From: a virus
Taxonomy: Duplodnaviria > Caudoviricetes
Reading direction: 5' to 3' (one strand)
DNA length: 50,318 nucleotides
IMG/VR virus record: IMGVR_UViG_3300031999_000035
Location: 1-50,318 of that record
Position 1 is the first letter of the stretch; each line of letters starts with the position of its first letter. Below are positions 27,048 to 36,753 of this stretch, piece after piece. The notes beneath the pieces were generated by a model. That model was not told where the DNA came from, ran no database searches, and saw only the letters and a program-made list of their open reading frames with translations. The position numbers and the translations under genes are program-made.

Positions 27048-27545
27048 ATGACTATTAGTATTACAGAAGCTGGAGGCACTGTAACCGTTGCTGGCGAGAT
27101 AGTGAGCAAGAACGACCTAAAAGTTGCAGGTAATGTTTCTATTACAGGGGCACTGGCTGTCTCAGGAAATCTTCATGTGGAAGATGGAGTGACAGAATCA
27201 GATGCTACGCCTGTTAGAAACCGCTTTGGACTTGTGGTTCCAGTAGTGCCACTGGGTGCTGCCACCAAGGGTTATACAGTAGCTCCATGTGCTTTAAATA
27301 TAGTGGCTATTCATGCTGCTATCGTAGCATATGGGGACACTAATGTAGTACTGTCTTTTAATGTAAATGGAGGGGCAGCAGACCCTGAGACTTTAACCAT
27401 TGGAACTGGTTCCATTGGGACTGTCTACTCTCTAACCCTCGATACACCAACAGCGGTTACTACTGGTCAAAGCATTGGAGCTTACACAGATGGTGCTGCG
27501 CTTTCAGGTTCTGTAAATGTAACATTCATATGTGAAGCAACATAA
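27048..27545 (+). CDS. Putative head decoration/structural beta-sandwich protein (paralog 3)
   Basis: YTVAPCALNIVAIHA; LKVAGNVSITGALAVSGNL stalk. Confidence 0.55.
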   Translation: MTISITEAGGTVTVAGEIVSKNDLKVAGNVSITGALAVSGNLHVEDGVTESDATPVRNRFGLVVPVVPLGAATKGYTVAPCALNIVAIHAAIVAYGDTNVVLSFNVNGGAADPETLTIGTGSIGTVYSLTLDTPTAVTTGQSIGAYTDGAALSGSVNVTFICEAT

Positions 27546-27551
27546 CTCTTA

Positions 27552-27578
27552 AACTCCTACCAATTTTTGGCGGGAGTT
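27552..27578. repeat. 27-bp dispersed palindrome, copy 6
   Basis: AACTCCTACCAA-TTT-TTGGCGGGAGTT (identical to copy 4), between stop 27545 and start 27594. Confidence 0.92.
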
Positions 27579-27593
27579 ATCGAAAGGAAAAGG

Positions 27594-27962
27594 ATGAATA
27601 TCTCTTCAGCTGGGCCTCAAGCTCAGCAAACAGCCGAAGGCGGACTGGCTGGAAGATTGACGGTTAGCATTATCACTGCTACTACACATGCAGTGGGTTT
27701 GGATGACCGTGTTAATATTTATAACACTACATCCAATGCTATCACAGCCACTCTTCCTCCTGTAGCCGAAGCAGCTGGAATGTTTTTCACCTTCCATCTG
27801 CAGACCGATGGAGGAAGTAATGACCTTACCATCACTGATAAGGGAGATGAGACAGACTTCGTGGATGTCGTTATCAAGGCTGTAAATCGTGGAGGTCTTG
27901 TGTACAGTGATGGTATCCATTGGTTCTACCTCGATCACTCAACCGGCAACATCGGTTCATAA
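27594..27962 (+). CDS. Putative minor head/structural protein
   Basis: ITATLPPVAEAAGMFFTF...DLTI...YSDGIHW pattern seen in phage fibre/decoration domains. Confidence 0.55.
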   Translation: MNISSAGPQAQQTAEGGLAGRLTVSIITATTHAVGLDDRVNIYNTTSNAITATLPPVAEAAGMFFTFHLQTDGGSNDLTITDKGDETDFVDVVIKAVNRGGLVYSDGIHWFYLDHSTGNIGS

Positions 27963-27973
27963 GGAGGTCTAAG

Positions 27974-28948
27974 ATGGTTCGAAGATCTGCAATGACTTCC
28001 TTAAGCAAGAAGTTTATTTACTCACAGCTTCCTCCTATCCACGGCACCTGGTTTTTTGCAGATGCCTGTGATGGGAGTGATGGCAGGAGTGGAAATGACC
28101 CAGATGCGCCACTGAGCACTTTCCTAGCCACATATAACAAGTGCACGACTGGGAGAGGGGATGGGATAGCTCTGTTCTCTCGTGGCATTTCTGGCACGGC
28201 GTATGAGTACACAATGGATGCAGCGCTGGCGTGGACAAAGTATGGAATCACAATGGTTGGGATTGGCGCAGAGCTAAGTTTCTTCAACCGTGTGAAGCTA
28301 TTAGCGACTACTGCCGATCTTGCTTCCATGATTACCCTATCAGGCCGCAACAATGAGTGGCGGAATATCTGCATATCCAATGAGGGTACTGCAAATACAT
28401 GCTTGAACACGCTGATTGTAAGTGGCCACCGCAACAAGTTCAAGCACTGCCATATTAATGATGGTGCGAGTACAGTGCCGGCTGCAGTTGCTAATTGCAG
28501 CGGATTGGACTTACGGGTGTCTGAGTGTGAGTTTGAGCAGTGCACTTTCGGCTCGAACGGAACTGCTCATACACCTTCAACTGGTGTTAACGCTCCTATT
28601 ATGTTCTCGACTGCAGCACAAGGTCAGAACCTGTTCAAGGACTGCAGAATTCTCAGTAAGTCCAACGATAATGGTCGTGGAGGTATCAATATTCAAGGTG
28701 CTGCAACCATGAACGGTTGGACAGAGTTTGACAACTGTGTGTTCTTGAACTTCAACGCTGCCGGTGGGCCTACAACTCTTACCTCCGTTGTGGTAGGTGA
28801 TGCACAGAATGACTGTGGTATCTTCCTACACAACTGCGGGTTTGCAGGTTGGGCTGACTGGTGTGGCGCTGGAAGGAACGGTATAGTTGCTGACGGTGCT
28901 ATTGGCGTTGACATGAGCGGCAAGGGCTATGAGCAGAATCCATCGTAA
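27974..28948 (+). CDS. Right-handed beta-helix (pectate-lyase-like) virion protein
   Basis: AAGGAGG RBS; GSDGRSGNDPDAPLST..YNKCTTGRGD cap; F.NC/F.DC ladder repeats. Confidence 0.7.
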   Translation: MVRRSAMTSLSKKFIYSQLPPIHGTWFFADACDGSDGRSGNDPDAPLSTFLATYNKCTTGRGDGIALFSRGISGTAYEYTMDAALAWTKYGITMVGIGAELSFFNRVKLLATTADLASMITLSGRNNEWRNICISNEGTANTCLNTLIVSGHRNKFKHCHINDGASTVPAAVANCSGLDLRVSECEFEQCTFGSNGTAHTPSTGVNAPIMFSTAAQGQNLFKDCRILSKSNDNGRGGINIQGAATMNGWTEFDNCVFLNFNAAGGPTTLTSVVVGDAQNDCGIFLHNCGFAGWADWCGAGRNGIVADGAIGVDMSGKGYEQNPS

Positions 28949-28959
28949 GGAGGACTGTA

Positions 28960-29124
28960 ATGCCCGTTAAGCATAAAGTTATAGTTACTGACGTAAAGCT
29001 CCAGAAACCCCCTGAGCCTGTCTATAAGCCAGGAGTGGACAAAGCAGCTGACCGTCAGGCTTTTAATGCCTCGGAGCTGTCTCTAGATACATTCGAGCGT
29101 CTCTGGGGCGAAGCTCCTTTTTAG
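28960..29124 (+). CDS. Hypothetical protein (54 aa)
   Basis: Manual translation; AAGGAGG RBS. Confidence 0.6.
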   Translation: MPVKHKVIVTDVKLQKPPEPVYKPGVDKAADRQAFNASELSLDTFERLWGEAPF

Positions 29125-29198
29125 GAGCATCCCAGCATAGCATTAGCTAGAGCTTGCGGAAAGCAGTAAATATCTACTTGTTTTAAAGGATAGCCAAA

Positions 29199-30521
29199 AT
29201 GGCTGATACTTATTTTGTAGGGATGCGTGCGACTGGTGATGTGGTAAGCAACGAAGTCCCTGGGGATTGGAGAGCTGGAATTCTCCGACTTTTCCCCAAT
29301 GGCTCTATGCCTCTTACCGGTCTCACAAGTTTGATGAAGTCAAGGAAGTCAGAGTTCCACTATCATTGGTGGACGAAGACCCTGAATACACAGCGAGCTG
29401 CTATTACAGGTCTTTACTCTGACTCACTACTGCAGACGACATATCTCACTTCGTATGCAGCGGGTGCGAGTGCTGGCGTTAACATCTTTGTGAAGATGGC
29501 CGAGGCCGGCGCAAAGCTGTTTCGTGCTGGACATCAGGTCCTCTTGAGGGATGCCAGCAACTATGCGTTGGATACCACTGGGAAGGTAACCAATGTAACG
29601 CTGAATGGCTCCAGTAGCTCTGTTGCTGTCAGACTTTTGGAAGCTGACGACAACGATGCTACTAACAGCAAATACCTCGGAACAGCGGTTTCACCTGCCG
29701 ATACTATTATGATTATCGGCAACATGAATCCTCAGAGCTCTACCAGACCCGAGGCAATCTCCCAAGGACCTACAGAGTTTGAGAATTACACTCAAATCTT
29801 CCGTGATGCTCTTGACCTTTCCCGTACTGTAATGGAGACACAGTTCAGAACGGCTGACCCTTATACGGAAGCTAAGAAGGACTGTCTTGAAATGCACGGC
29901 ATCGGGATTGAGAAGGCACTGTTGTGGTCTACTCTCTATTCTGGTACTGGTTCGAATGGAAAGCCTGAATATGCTACTGCAGGTCTTATGTCTTTTATTA
30001 AGACCTATGGAACAGTTCAAGACTTCAGTCTTGACACAGCAACTGCTTATGCAGGTAAAACCTGGCTGGAAGCAGGTGACAAGTGGATAGACGAGCATCT
30101 GGAGGAAATCTTCAGATACGGCTCGAGAGAGCGTCTTGCATTCTGTGGTTCTGGTGCACTGCTGGGTATTCAAGAACTAGCAAAAGACATTGGAACCTGG
30201 AACATGACTCCTAAGACTACACTTTGGGGAGCCCATGTTACTGAATGGACAAATCCCTTCGGTGCAATTACTTTCCAGACACATCCACTGTTTTCTTATG
30301 AAGACACCAACCGCAACTCGATGGTTCTTATTGAGCCAGCGAATCTTGAGTATCGCTATGTTACGGATACTAGATTCGAACCTGATGTACTTTATGGCAA
30401 GGGTGGTGGGCCTGGTCTTGATGGTAGACAGGAAGGATACCTCACTGAATGCGGTCTGGAAGTTCACTTCCCCCAAACCACCGGATATCTTAACGGTGTA
30501 GGTAAAGACAACGCTGTGTAA
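29199..30521 (+). CDS. Major capsid protein (SU10-type/DUF5309, HK97 fold)
   Basis: ENYTQIFR, H.IGIEKALL, T.GLMSFI, YLTECGLEV; followed by a strong hairpin. Confidence 0.85.
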   Translation: MADTYFVGMRATGDVVSNEVPGDWRAGILRLFPNGSMPLTGLTSLMKSRKSEFHYHWWTKTLNTQRAAITGLYSDSLLQTTYLTSYAAGASAGVNIFVKMAEAGAKLFRAGHQVLLRDASNYALDTTGKVTNVTLNGSSSSVAVRLLEADDNDATNSKYLGTAVSPADTIMIIGNMNPQSSTRPEAISQGPTEFENYTQIFRDALDLSRTVMETQFRTADPYTEAKKDCLEMHGIGIEKALLWSTLYSGTGSNGKPEYATAGLMSFIKTYGTVQDFSLDTATAYAGKTWLEAGDKWIDEHLEEIFRYGSRERLAFCGSGALLGIQELAKDIGTWNMTPKTTLWGAHVTEWTNPFGAITFQTHPLFSYEDTNRNSMVLIEPANLEYRYVTDTRFEPDVLYGKGGGPGLDGRQEGYLTECGLEVHFPQTTGYLNGVGKDNAV

Positions 30522-30542
30522 TCGAAGTTCAACTAACTCCTT

Positions 30543-30567
30543 AGAGGGAGGCTTGAAACCTCCCTCT
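30543..30567 (+). terminator. Stem-loop after MCP (attenuator/mRNA stabiliser)
   Basis: AGAGGGAGG-CTTGAAA-CCTCCCTCT; no U-tract; directly before the next RBS. Confidence 0.55.
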
Positions 30568-30577
30568 GGAGGTTATT

Positions 30578-31267
30578 ATGTCTCTCTTAATTGTTAGACA
30601 AAAAGTAATTAAGTTTAGTGGTAGATATGACTTGGTCACTGATGGAGCGACCGCCGCTGTGGATAATGGAGCTGACTTTTTTATCAATGCAGCGAGTAGG
30701 GTTCTCGATATGGAGGGAGATCAGGATAGAGCACTGAAATATTACACTGGAGGTCTTGCGACAGATGCCTGTCAGATTCAGCTGCTCGACTGCAGAGCAG
30801 TCTTAAGGGTCTGGTGGGAGAACTCTGATGGAGAGTGGATAAAGCTTGAGCCTGCTAGGGACTATGAGGAACTACTGGAAGATTATCCAGAATTAACAGG
30901 GACTGAGTCTGGAACTCCGCTGATGTGGGCAAGAGAGCCAATCCATCGAGACCCAAGGAATCAGGGAACATCTCCGAGTATGGCAACTATGGGAATCGTA
31001 GTAATGCCTCCAACGGACACGGGGGTTAATATTAGAGTTTATGGAAAGTTCTATGAGAAGACCTTAACAGAAAATAGTGATGCCAACTATTGGAGCGAAG
31101 AACATCCTCTTCTTCTCACTTATGCAGCGCTTCGTGAGATGGAGACTACATACAGAAATACGCAGGGAGCAAGCGACTGGGAAAATAGAGTACAGAAATA
31201 TCTTGCTAGTATCAGCAAGGAGATTGCTGAAGCGTCCGATGCTTATACTATGGAGATGGAGGGCTAA
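30578..31267 (+). CDS. Head-tail adaptor protein
   Basis: Follows MCP; FFINAA, GTP..W and NYWSEEHPLLLTYAAL patterns of podoviral adaptors. Confidence 0.7.
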   Translation: MSLLIVRQKVIKFSGRYDLVTDGATAAVDNGADFFINAASRVLDMEGDQDRALKYYTGGLATDACQIQLLDCRAVLRVWWENSDGEWIKLEPARDYEELLEDYPELTGTESGTPLMWAREPIHRDPRNQGTSPSMATMGIVVMPPTDTGVNIRVYGKFYEKTLTENSDANYWSEEHPLLLTYAALREMETTYRNTQGASDWENRVQKYLASISKEIAEASDAYTMEMEG

Positions 31268-31268
31268 G

Positions 31269-31505
31269 ATGCATGAGTTTCTGAATAGGCCTTATAGAAG
31301 CCATAAGGTCAGAGAGCAGCGTAAACATGCTGTGGTGGAGTATCACAGAACGCTGAGCAAGATTGCAGCCAAGCGAAAGGGAGAGCAGGCTGCTAAACAA
31401 CTATTGGTTCCACCTGAACTAATTAACATAGTAGAGGAATCCATTGCAGGAATACCAACTGATAGTGCGGAAGGCACTGACGCAGGGACTACGTTCGAGG
31501 AGTGA
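31269..31505 (+). CDS. Hypothetical protein (78 aa)
   Basis: GGAGG RBS, ATG 31269. Confidence 0.5.
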   Translation: MHEFLNRPYRSHKVREQRKHAVVEYHRTLSKIAAKRKGEQAAKQLLVPPELINIVEESIAGIPTDSAEGTDAGTTFEE

Positions 31506-32994
31506 CTCTGGGAGGAATGTTGAGTTCCTTACAGAGTGCCAGGCAATGAAGCCACTGGAGTTTGGGCTGAGAGCTAGCACTGGCTGTGTTAATCCCTTTG
31601 AAGTAGACCACTTTAAAGAGTGGCCTTTCCCTCAGCTTATAAGAACCGCGTCTGAGACTCTACTTGTATATGCTGATAAAGTATATACAGTCACTGAGGG
31701 AGATACATGGACGAGAGGAGCTGCCTATACTACGTATGACCTTAATAGCCCAGCGGACGTAAAGGGTATTACCAGCGGAGGAGTCTGGCACTGCGCAGAC
31801 CTCGGTAAAGGCTGGCTTCTATTCAATGGAGAGTGTGTTGTATTTAAGCTTGGAACAGAGACTATGTTCGATGAAGAGGCTATCACCTATGTACAGGACA
31901 CTATATCAGTTCAGACAGGATGTGCTAGTAGAGGGAGACTTATCCTTGGAGGTTTTACCCCGACACAGTTATTTAGTGAGGACTGGGAAGGCACTTGGCT
32001 TAAATACTTAGCTAGTCTTCCGTATAGTACCTCTACTGACATTGGCAATATTGGTAGTAACTTTGTCTACTGGAGCTCAATAGGTGGAGGGGATATTCTC
32101 CTTCCATTCTCTCCAGGGCTATCAAAGGATGGTATGGTTAAGGAAGATGAGCCAGACGAGTATGATGAAGAGTTTTTCCTTGAGCTATTCAAACGTAATG
32201 AGCTTGGCTTCATGCCTATGCCTTGGCAGGGCTCAGTCCTTTGTGTTAAGCCATTAGGGAAGGGAGTGGCAGTTTATGGAGCGGATGGAATCGCAGTCCT
32301 CGTGCCAACGATTGAGCCCTATCCGACGTATGGGCTTCAGCGAGTGGCAGATTTCGGCATTGCTTCAAGAGGAGCCGTCGGTGGCAGCGAATGGGGGCAC
32401 GTACTTATCGATAGTTCTGGCAACATCTGGAAGCTTGGAAATGACTACAGTCTGCGCAAATTAGGCTATAAGGAGTATATAGCTGATATATTAACTGGAG
32501 AAATGGTTATATCGTGGGATGCTGAGCATGATGAGTATTATATATCAGGGAGTTCTACTTCTCTTGTGCTAACACCACAAGGGCTTGGAAGAAATCCTCA
32601 GCATATAACTGGGGCTCATGATGTGTCTGGTTATTTTGTTGGCGTTTCATCAACTGATGATAGCACTGCTGTAGTAGCTGTTACTGATATTATAGACTTC
32701 AACTATAGAGACATGAAAACTATAACCACAGTCGAGGTTGGCTGTAGTGTAACAGATAATGTGTATGTAGCTGTTGACTTTAGGTATAATGAGAAAGATG
32801 ATTGGATACGGACGCCTTGGATACCTGTTAATCCTGAGGGATTTGCTCATGTTCAAATAACTGCTTTGGATGTCCGTATTGCTATTGGCACCGATAATTA
32901 TGATAGGTTTGAACTAGACTACATTAATGTACACTGGCAAACATCTGGACGTAGAACTGTGAGAGGTATATATGCTGGTGCAGCTAACACCTAA
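31444..32994 (+). CDS. Tail nozzle/DNA stabilisation protein (beta-propeller, P22 gp10/T7 gp12-like position)
   Basis: TTG start with AGAGGA RBS; beta-rich 516 aa after the adaptor. Confidence 0.65.
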   Translation: MQEYQLIVRKALTQGLRSRSDSGRNVEFLTECQAMKPLEFGLRASTGCVNPFEVDHFKEWPFPQLIRTASETLLVYADKVYTVTEGDTWTRGAAYTTYDLNSPADVKGITSGGVWHCADLGKGWLLFNGECVVFKLGTETMFDEEAITYVQDTISVQTGCASRGRLILGGFTPTQLFSEDWEGTWLKYLASLPYSTSTDIGNIGSNFVYWSSIGGGDILLPFSPGLSKDGMVKEDEPDEYDEEFFLELFKRNELGFMPMPWQGSVLCVKPLGKGVAVYGADGIAVLVPTIEPYPTYGLQRVADFGIASRGAVGGSEWGHVLIDSSGNIWKLGNDYSLRKLGYKEYIADILTGEMVISWDAEHDEYYISGSSTSLVLTPQGLGRNPQHITGAHDVSGYFVGVSSTDDSTAVVAVTDIIDFNYRDMKTITTVEVGCSVTDNVYVAVDFRYNEKDDWIRTPWIPVNPEGFAHVQITALDVRIAIGTDNYDRFELDYINVHWQTSGRRTVRGIYAGAANT

Positions 32995-33412
32995 TCAAAT
33001 AGCACAGGCGTGGCCTGGCGTTAAAGAGCCAATAAGACTGGCGCTAGTTCCCCAAATGGATGTTACAGATGAGAGCTTAAACAGTATCCTGCAGCATCTA
33101 ACGCAGGGGACTAGTCAAATGTGGCTTCTTACTGATTTGGTTGATAGCAAAACAGTTATTTATGCTATTGGCACTACGTGTTTCTCAACAGAAGCCATGA
33201 CAAAGACTAAGAACTTATTAATTTATAGCCTTTATGGCTTTCAGTTTATACCCGACCCTCTATGGAAGGACGGTCTTGCTACACTAAAAGCTTTTGCTAA
33301 AAGGGAAGGGTGTATCAAGTTAATTGCGTTTACTCTTGTGGATAGAGTAGTGGAAGTTGCACAAAGTCTTGGCGCTCAAGTGAACGTCAGGCAACTTACG
33401 TGGGAGGTATAG
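32972..33412 (+). CDS. GNAT-like protein between nozzle and ejection genes
   Basis: IAQAWPGVK, QMWL, LLIYSLYG, AFAKREGC pattern; typical position. Confidence 0.55.
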   Translation: MLVQLTPNQIAQAWPGVKEPIRLALVPQMDVTDESLNSILQHLTQGTSQMWLLTDLVDSKTVIYAIGTTCFSTEAMTKTKNLLIYSLYGFQFIPDPLWKDGLATLKAFAKREGCIKLIAFTLVDRVVEVAQSLGAQVNVRQLTWEV

Positions 33413-33413
33413 T

Positions 33414-36400
33414 ATGGCCTCTGGTGGTGGAGCGACTAGCTCTGCAGATATGGCAGCGCATCAGAAGAATGCGCATGGACTTCTTCTAATGGGATTAGAT
33501 TCAGCTGACGCAAACTGGATAACATCAGGTAAGATAGACGTAACTGACTATAATGCTAATCCAAGTGTTTTAAGTTTCTTGTTTAATGAGGGCTTAACAG
33601 CAGCTGGCGGTAATCCCTTCGAGGGAGTCTCAGGGTATGACCCAGATGATGCGCTATCTGCAATAGAGGTATCTATTAATGCCTTTGGGAACGATATAGG
33701 TGGTTTATCTGATATAGGCGACTGGTCTTCATTCTTGACCGCTGCACAGGCTAACCAAGATGGGCAGATTCCAGGGATGGATGTGGAAGCTACATTTAAT
33801 AGTATAATGGCTAATTCTATAGTTCAGGCACTATCAGGTGTATCAACAGCCTGGGCTAGTGCTGTAACAGCAGGAAAGGAACTGGCAGGGGATATATCTG
33901 CTACTGCTGTAGGCTTGTCTAGCACTGTGTATGAAGACGCAGAGGCTGCAGCTAGAGCATTAGCGGATGTAGCTGTCATTGGTAGAAGAAGTGATGCAGA
34001 TGAGGATATGGCCGAGGCAGACACTGCGTTCTCTAAAGTAGATGCAACTGGGGCTGCCTCTACAGCAACTGCCGTAGCTAGTGCCGCTGATAGCGCTAGG
34101 AATGAGTCTGATAGGGCTGTAGCGGGGATTGATGTATCTGCTAAGATACTGGCAGATGAAGTTGTTGTATCTGCTAGAGAAGATGCAGTAGATGACATGG
34201 CATCTATTGACACAGCGTTCGGTGATGTGGTCACTACAGCGTCAGCAGCCATTAGCGACGTGTTTGATGATGCAATAGATATGGCTATTGATAAGGCTGC
34301 TGGTATATCGGAGGGTGATAGCGCTACATCATTATCTATGAGTTCTGCTTCATCTCAAGCAAAGAGTGACATGGCAGACTTAATGGCACAGGCTGCAGAT
34401 GATGCTAAGGTAGATGCAGGGGCAGCTGTAATTCAAGCTGACACGGACGTTCTTGGAGTAGATGCCCCCGGGGAGACTGCTGGGAATGCGGTGTATAACG
34501 CCGCCGAAGAGGATAGTACTACAGCTATGACTGCTCTTCATGCAGCTAAGGCTATTGCATTAAGTATAGTAAGTGAGGCAGAGGGCGTTTCGAACGCATT
34601 AGCTGTAGATAGACTTGAGGCTGCTGAAGCTGCCGCTAGGGCTAATAGTGCTAGCGAGGTGTTAGACATAGCGAATAGCGTTGGTATACTTGGGGAGACT
34701 GTGTCAGATAACATGTATAATGGTGGAGAGGACGACTCCGAGGCATTTCTTACAAGTGCTGAAACGTCCGTAGCCACTATGCTTGGTATCATGCAGGGAG
34801 CTAGTGAGGATGATGCAGAGAGTCTTATTTCTGCATTGGAGCCTGTTGTTAGAAGTACTGCTATTGCAGCAACTGAGCACGCTACTAACCTAGCAGAATC
34901 TACTGGAACTGATATAGCCTCTAACGGGGAGTCTGGTCTTCGCACCCAGGCATTGACCGGGATGGCTGCTATTATAGCAGCTATAAATCCTCAGATATCT
35001 GGAGATGCGTCAGAGGCTGTTACATATTCTCTTCAACAGGCTGCTCTCGAGATAAATATAGCTATGCAGTGCGCCTTAGATGCTGTCAACAGCGACATGA
35101 TTAATAGTCTTGTATCATCTTACAGACGTAGACAGTTAAGAACTCACTTAAGAAGTGTTAATAGATTCTCTGGTGGTATGGCTGATATAAATGCCGTAAA
35201 TAGTAGTGCCTTCGTAATAGGTATGGCATTACTTGAGAGTGACTTCGAGCAGGGAGTATCGGACTTCCAGACGCAGATTACTGTTCAGTTGTCTCAAGCG
35301 AGTCTAGCACATTTCGGTCAAGTATTTATGTCTATACTACAGGAGTATATGAGAACACAGCAGGCTAGATTTGCTGATTATCTGAGTGCTTATCAGCTAT
35401 CTGGAAATTCTTATGAGAAGTTACTGTTGAGTACTATGCCAATGTTTATGCAGACATACGCAGAAGGGGTAGCTCAATATCTGCAGGCTACTAGCACAGC
35501 ATATAGTGAGTCTATGAGAACTGGGGTAGGTATTACACAGATTCAAGCTGGTATAGTTAGTGCTTCCACTGATGTGAGGGCTAGAATATTAGGACAGCTG
35601 GCGCAGACGCAACTTCAGGCATATACACAGACGCTGGTGTCTCAGTTAGATACACGCCTTGGGGTATCTGAAGCCACCACTAAATTGGCTGGAGTACTAG
35701 CTGGGGCTCAGTCTGACTTGACTGGTCGCGTGGCAGAAATGAGACAGCGTCTTGTATCTGATTTGATAAAGCTGTATAGTAGCGCATATGATACTGGTAT
35801 TAGCAGCGCTATGAATACATCCAGTAGTATGGCGCAGGAAGGTCTCAAGACTAGTCAGAGCTCTGGTGCGAGCAAGCCTGCTATTATACAGACTCTAGTT
35901 CGCGAGTATCTTCAAGGCTATACTAATCTAATAGCACAGGAAGTGCAAGCAACTAGTGCTTTTGGCACTCTTGGAGACTCAAGGGAGAAGATAATAGACG
36001 ATGACAGGCGTGCTAGAGTGGAAGTTGTTCAGAGTGTTCTGGGTAGTTATCTATCAAGCTATGTTGGGTTAGTTGGGCAGGGCAATAGAACTGCTGAGGT
36101 TTTTGGAGGTCTAGGAGATAGTAGACTCAAGGTTATTGCGGATGTACTGGATAAGAAGCTAGCAGCATATATACAGGATAGTGGTATAGGTTTACAGACC
36201 TTTGATAAGAATCTAGCCAGTAACCTACGACTTATGGAGCAGTCATTACTTTCTCACTTTGATGGGAAGATAAAAACATATCTATCTAATTCAAGTGAAA
36301 GGTCGCTGTTCGTAAGGGATGGTATTAAATCCCTACAGGCTGCGCAGGGGCTAAGACTTAGTGGTAGACAAGCGATAATGGGCGCTGATGTTGACCTTGA

Positions 36401-36707
36401 ATCAAGAAGGATAGTTGCATCAGTCGACCAGTATAGTAGAGATCTTGAAATTGATGCCAAGAGTGCTACATGGGACATGGAACTTTTTCAGGGCGCTGGA
36501 AATGTACTGAGCGCTGTCACTGGCTCAGTTGTGCAGAACGCTATGAAGCCAAGTACAGCAACAAGTGCTATTGCTGGAATGGCAAGCGGGGCTGGCGCGG
36601 GATTGGAAATGGGCGCTAAGGCGGGTGCAATACTAGGTCCTCATACAGCTGCTATACTTGGTGGTGTTGGCGCTATTGCTGGTGGAATAGCTGGAGCACT
36701 TCAATAA
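33414..36707 (+). CDS. Putative DNA ejection/internal virion protein (1097 aa)
   Basis: MASGGG N-terminus; Ala/Asp-rich helical repeats; C-terminal glycine-zipper hydrophobic tail. Confidence 0.65.
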   Translation: MASGGGATSSADMAAHQKNAHGLLLMGLDSADANWITSGKIDVTDYNANPSVLSFLFNEGLTAAGGNPFEGVSGYDPDDALSAIEVSINAFGNDIGGLSDIGDWSSFLTAAQANQDGQIPGMDVEATFNSIMANSIVQALSGVSTAWASAVTAGKELAGDISATAVGLSSTVYEDAEAAARALADVAVIGRRSDADEDMAEADTAFSKVDATGAASTATAVASAADSARNESDRAVAGIDVSAKILADEVVVSAREDAVDDMASIDTAFGDVVTTASAAISDVFDDAIDMAIDKAAGISEGDSATSLSMSSASSQAKSDMADLMAQAADDAKVDAGAAVIQADTDVLGVDAPGETAGNAVYNAAEEDSTTAMTALHAAKAIALSIVSEAEGVSNALAVDRLEAAEAAARANSASEVLDIANSVGILGETVSDNMYNGGEDDSEAFLTSAETSVATMLGIMQGASEDDAESLISALEPVVRSTAIAATEHATNLAESTGTDIASNGESGLRTQALTGMAAIIAAINPQISGDASEAVTYSLQQAALEINIAMQCALDAVNSDMINSLVSSYRRRQLRTHLRSVNRFSGGMADINAVNSSAFVIGMALLESDFEQGVSDFQTQITVQLSQASLAHFGQVFMSILQEYMRTQQARFADYLSAYQLSGNSYEKLLLSTMPMFMQTYAEGVAQYLQATSTAYSESMRTGVGITQIQAGIVSASTDVRARILGQLAQTQLQAYTQTLVSQLDTRLGVSEATTKLAGVLAGAQSDLTGRVAEMRQRLVSDLIKLYSSAYDTGISSAMNTSSSMAQEGLKTSQSSGASKPAIIQTLVREYLQGYTNLIAQEVQATSAFGTLGDSREKIIDDDRRARVEVVQSVLGSYLSSYVGLVGQGNRTAEVFGGLGDSRLKVIADVLDKKLAAYIQDSGIGLQTFDKNLASNLRLMEQSLLSHFDGKIKTYLSNSSERSLFVRDGIKSLQAAQGLRLSGRQAIMGADVDLESRRIVASVDQYSRDLEIDAKSATWDMELFQGAGNVLSAVTGSVVQNAMKPSTATSAIAGMASGAGAGLEMGAKAGAILGPHTAAILGGVGAIAGGIAGALQ

Positions 36708-36712
36708 TTGAT

Positions 36713-36739
36713 AACTCCCGCCAATTATTGGTAGGAGTT
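36713..36739. repeat. 27-bp dispersed palindrome, copy 7
   Basis: AACTCCCGCCAA-TTA-TTGGTAGGAGTT between stop 36707 and the AAGGAGG RBS. Confidence 0.92.
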
Positions 36740-36753
36740 TAAGGAGGAATAAG

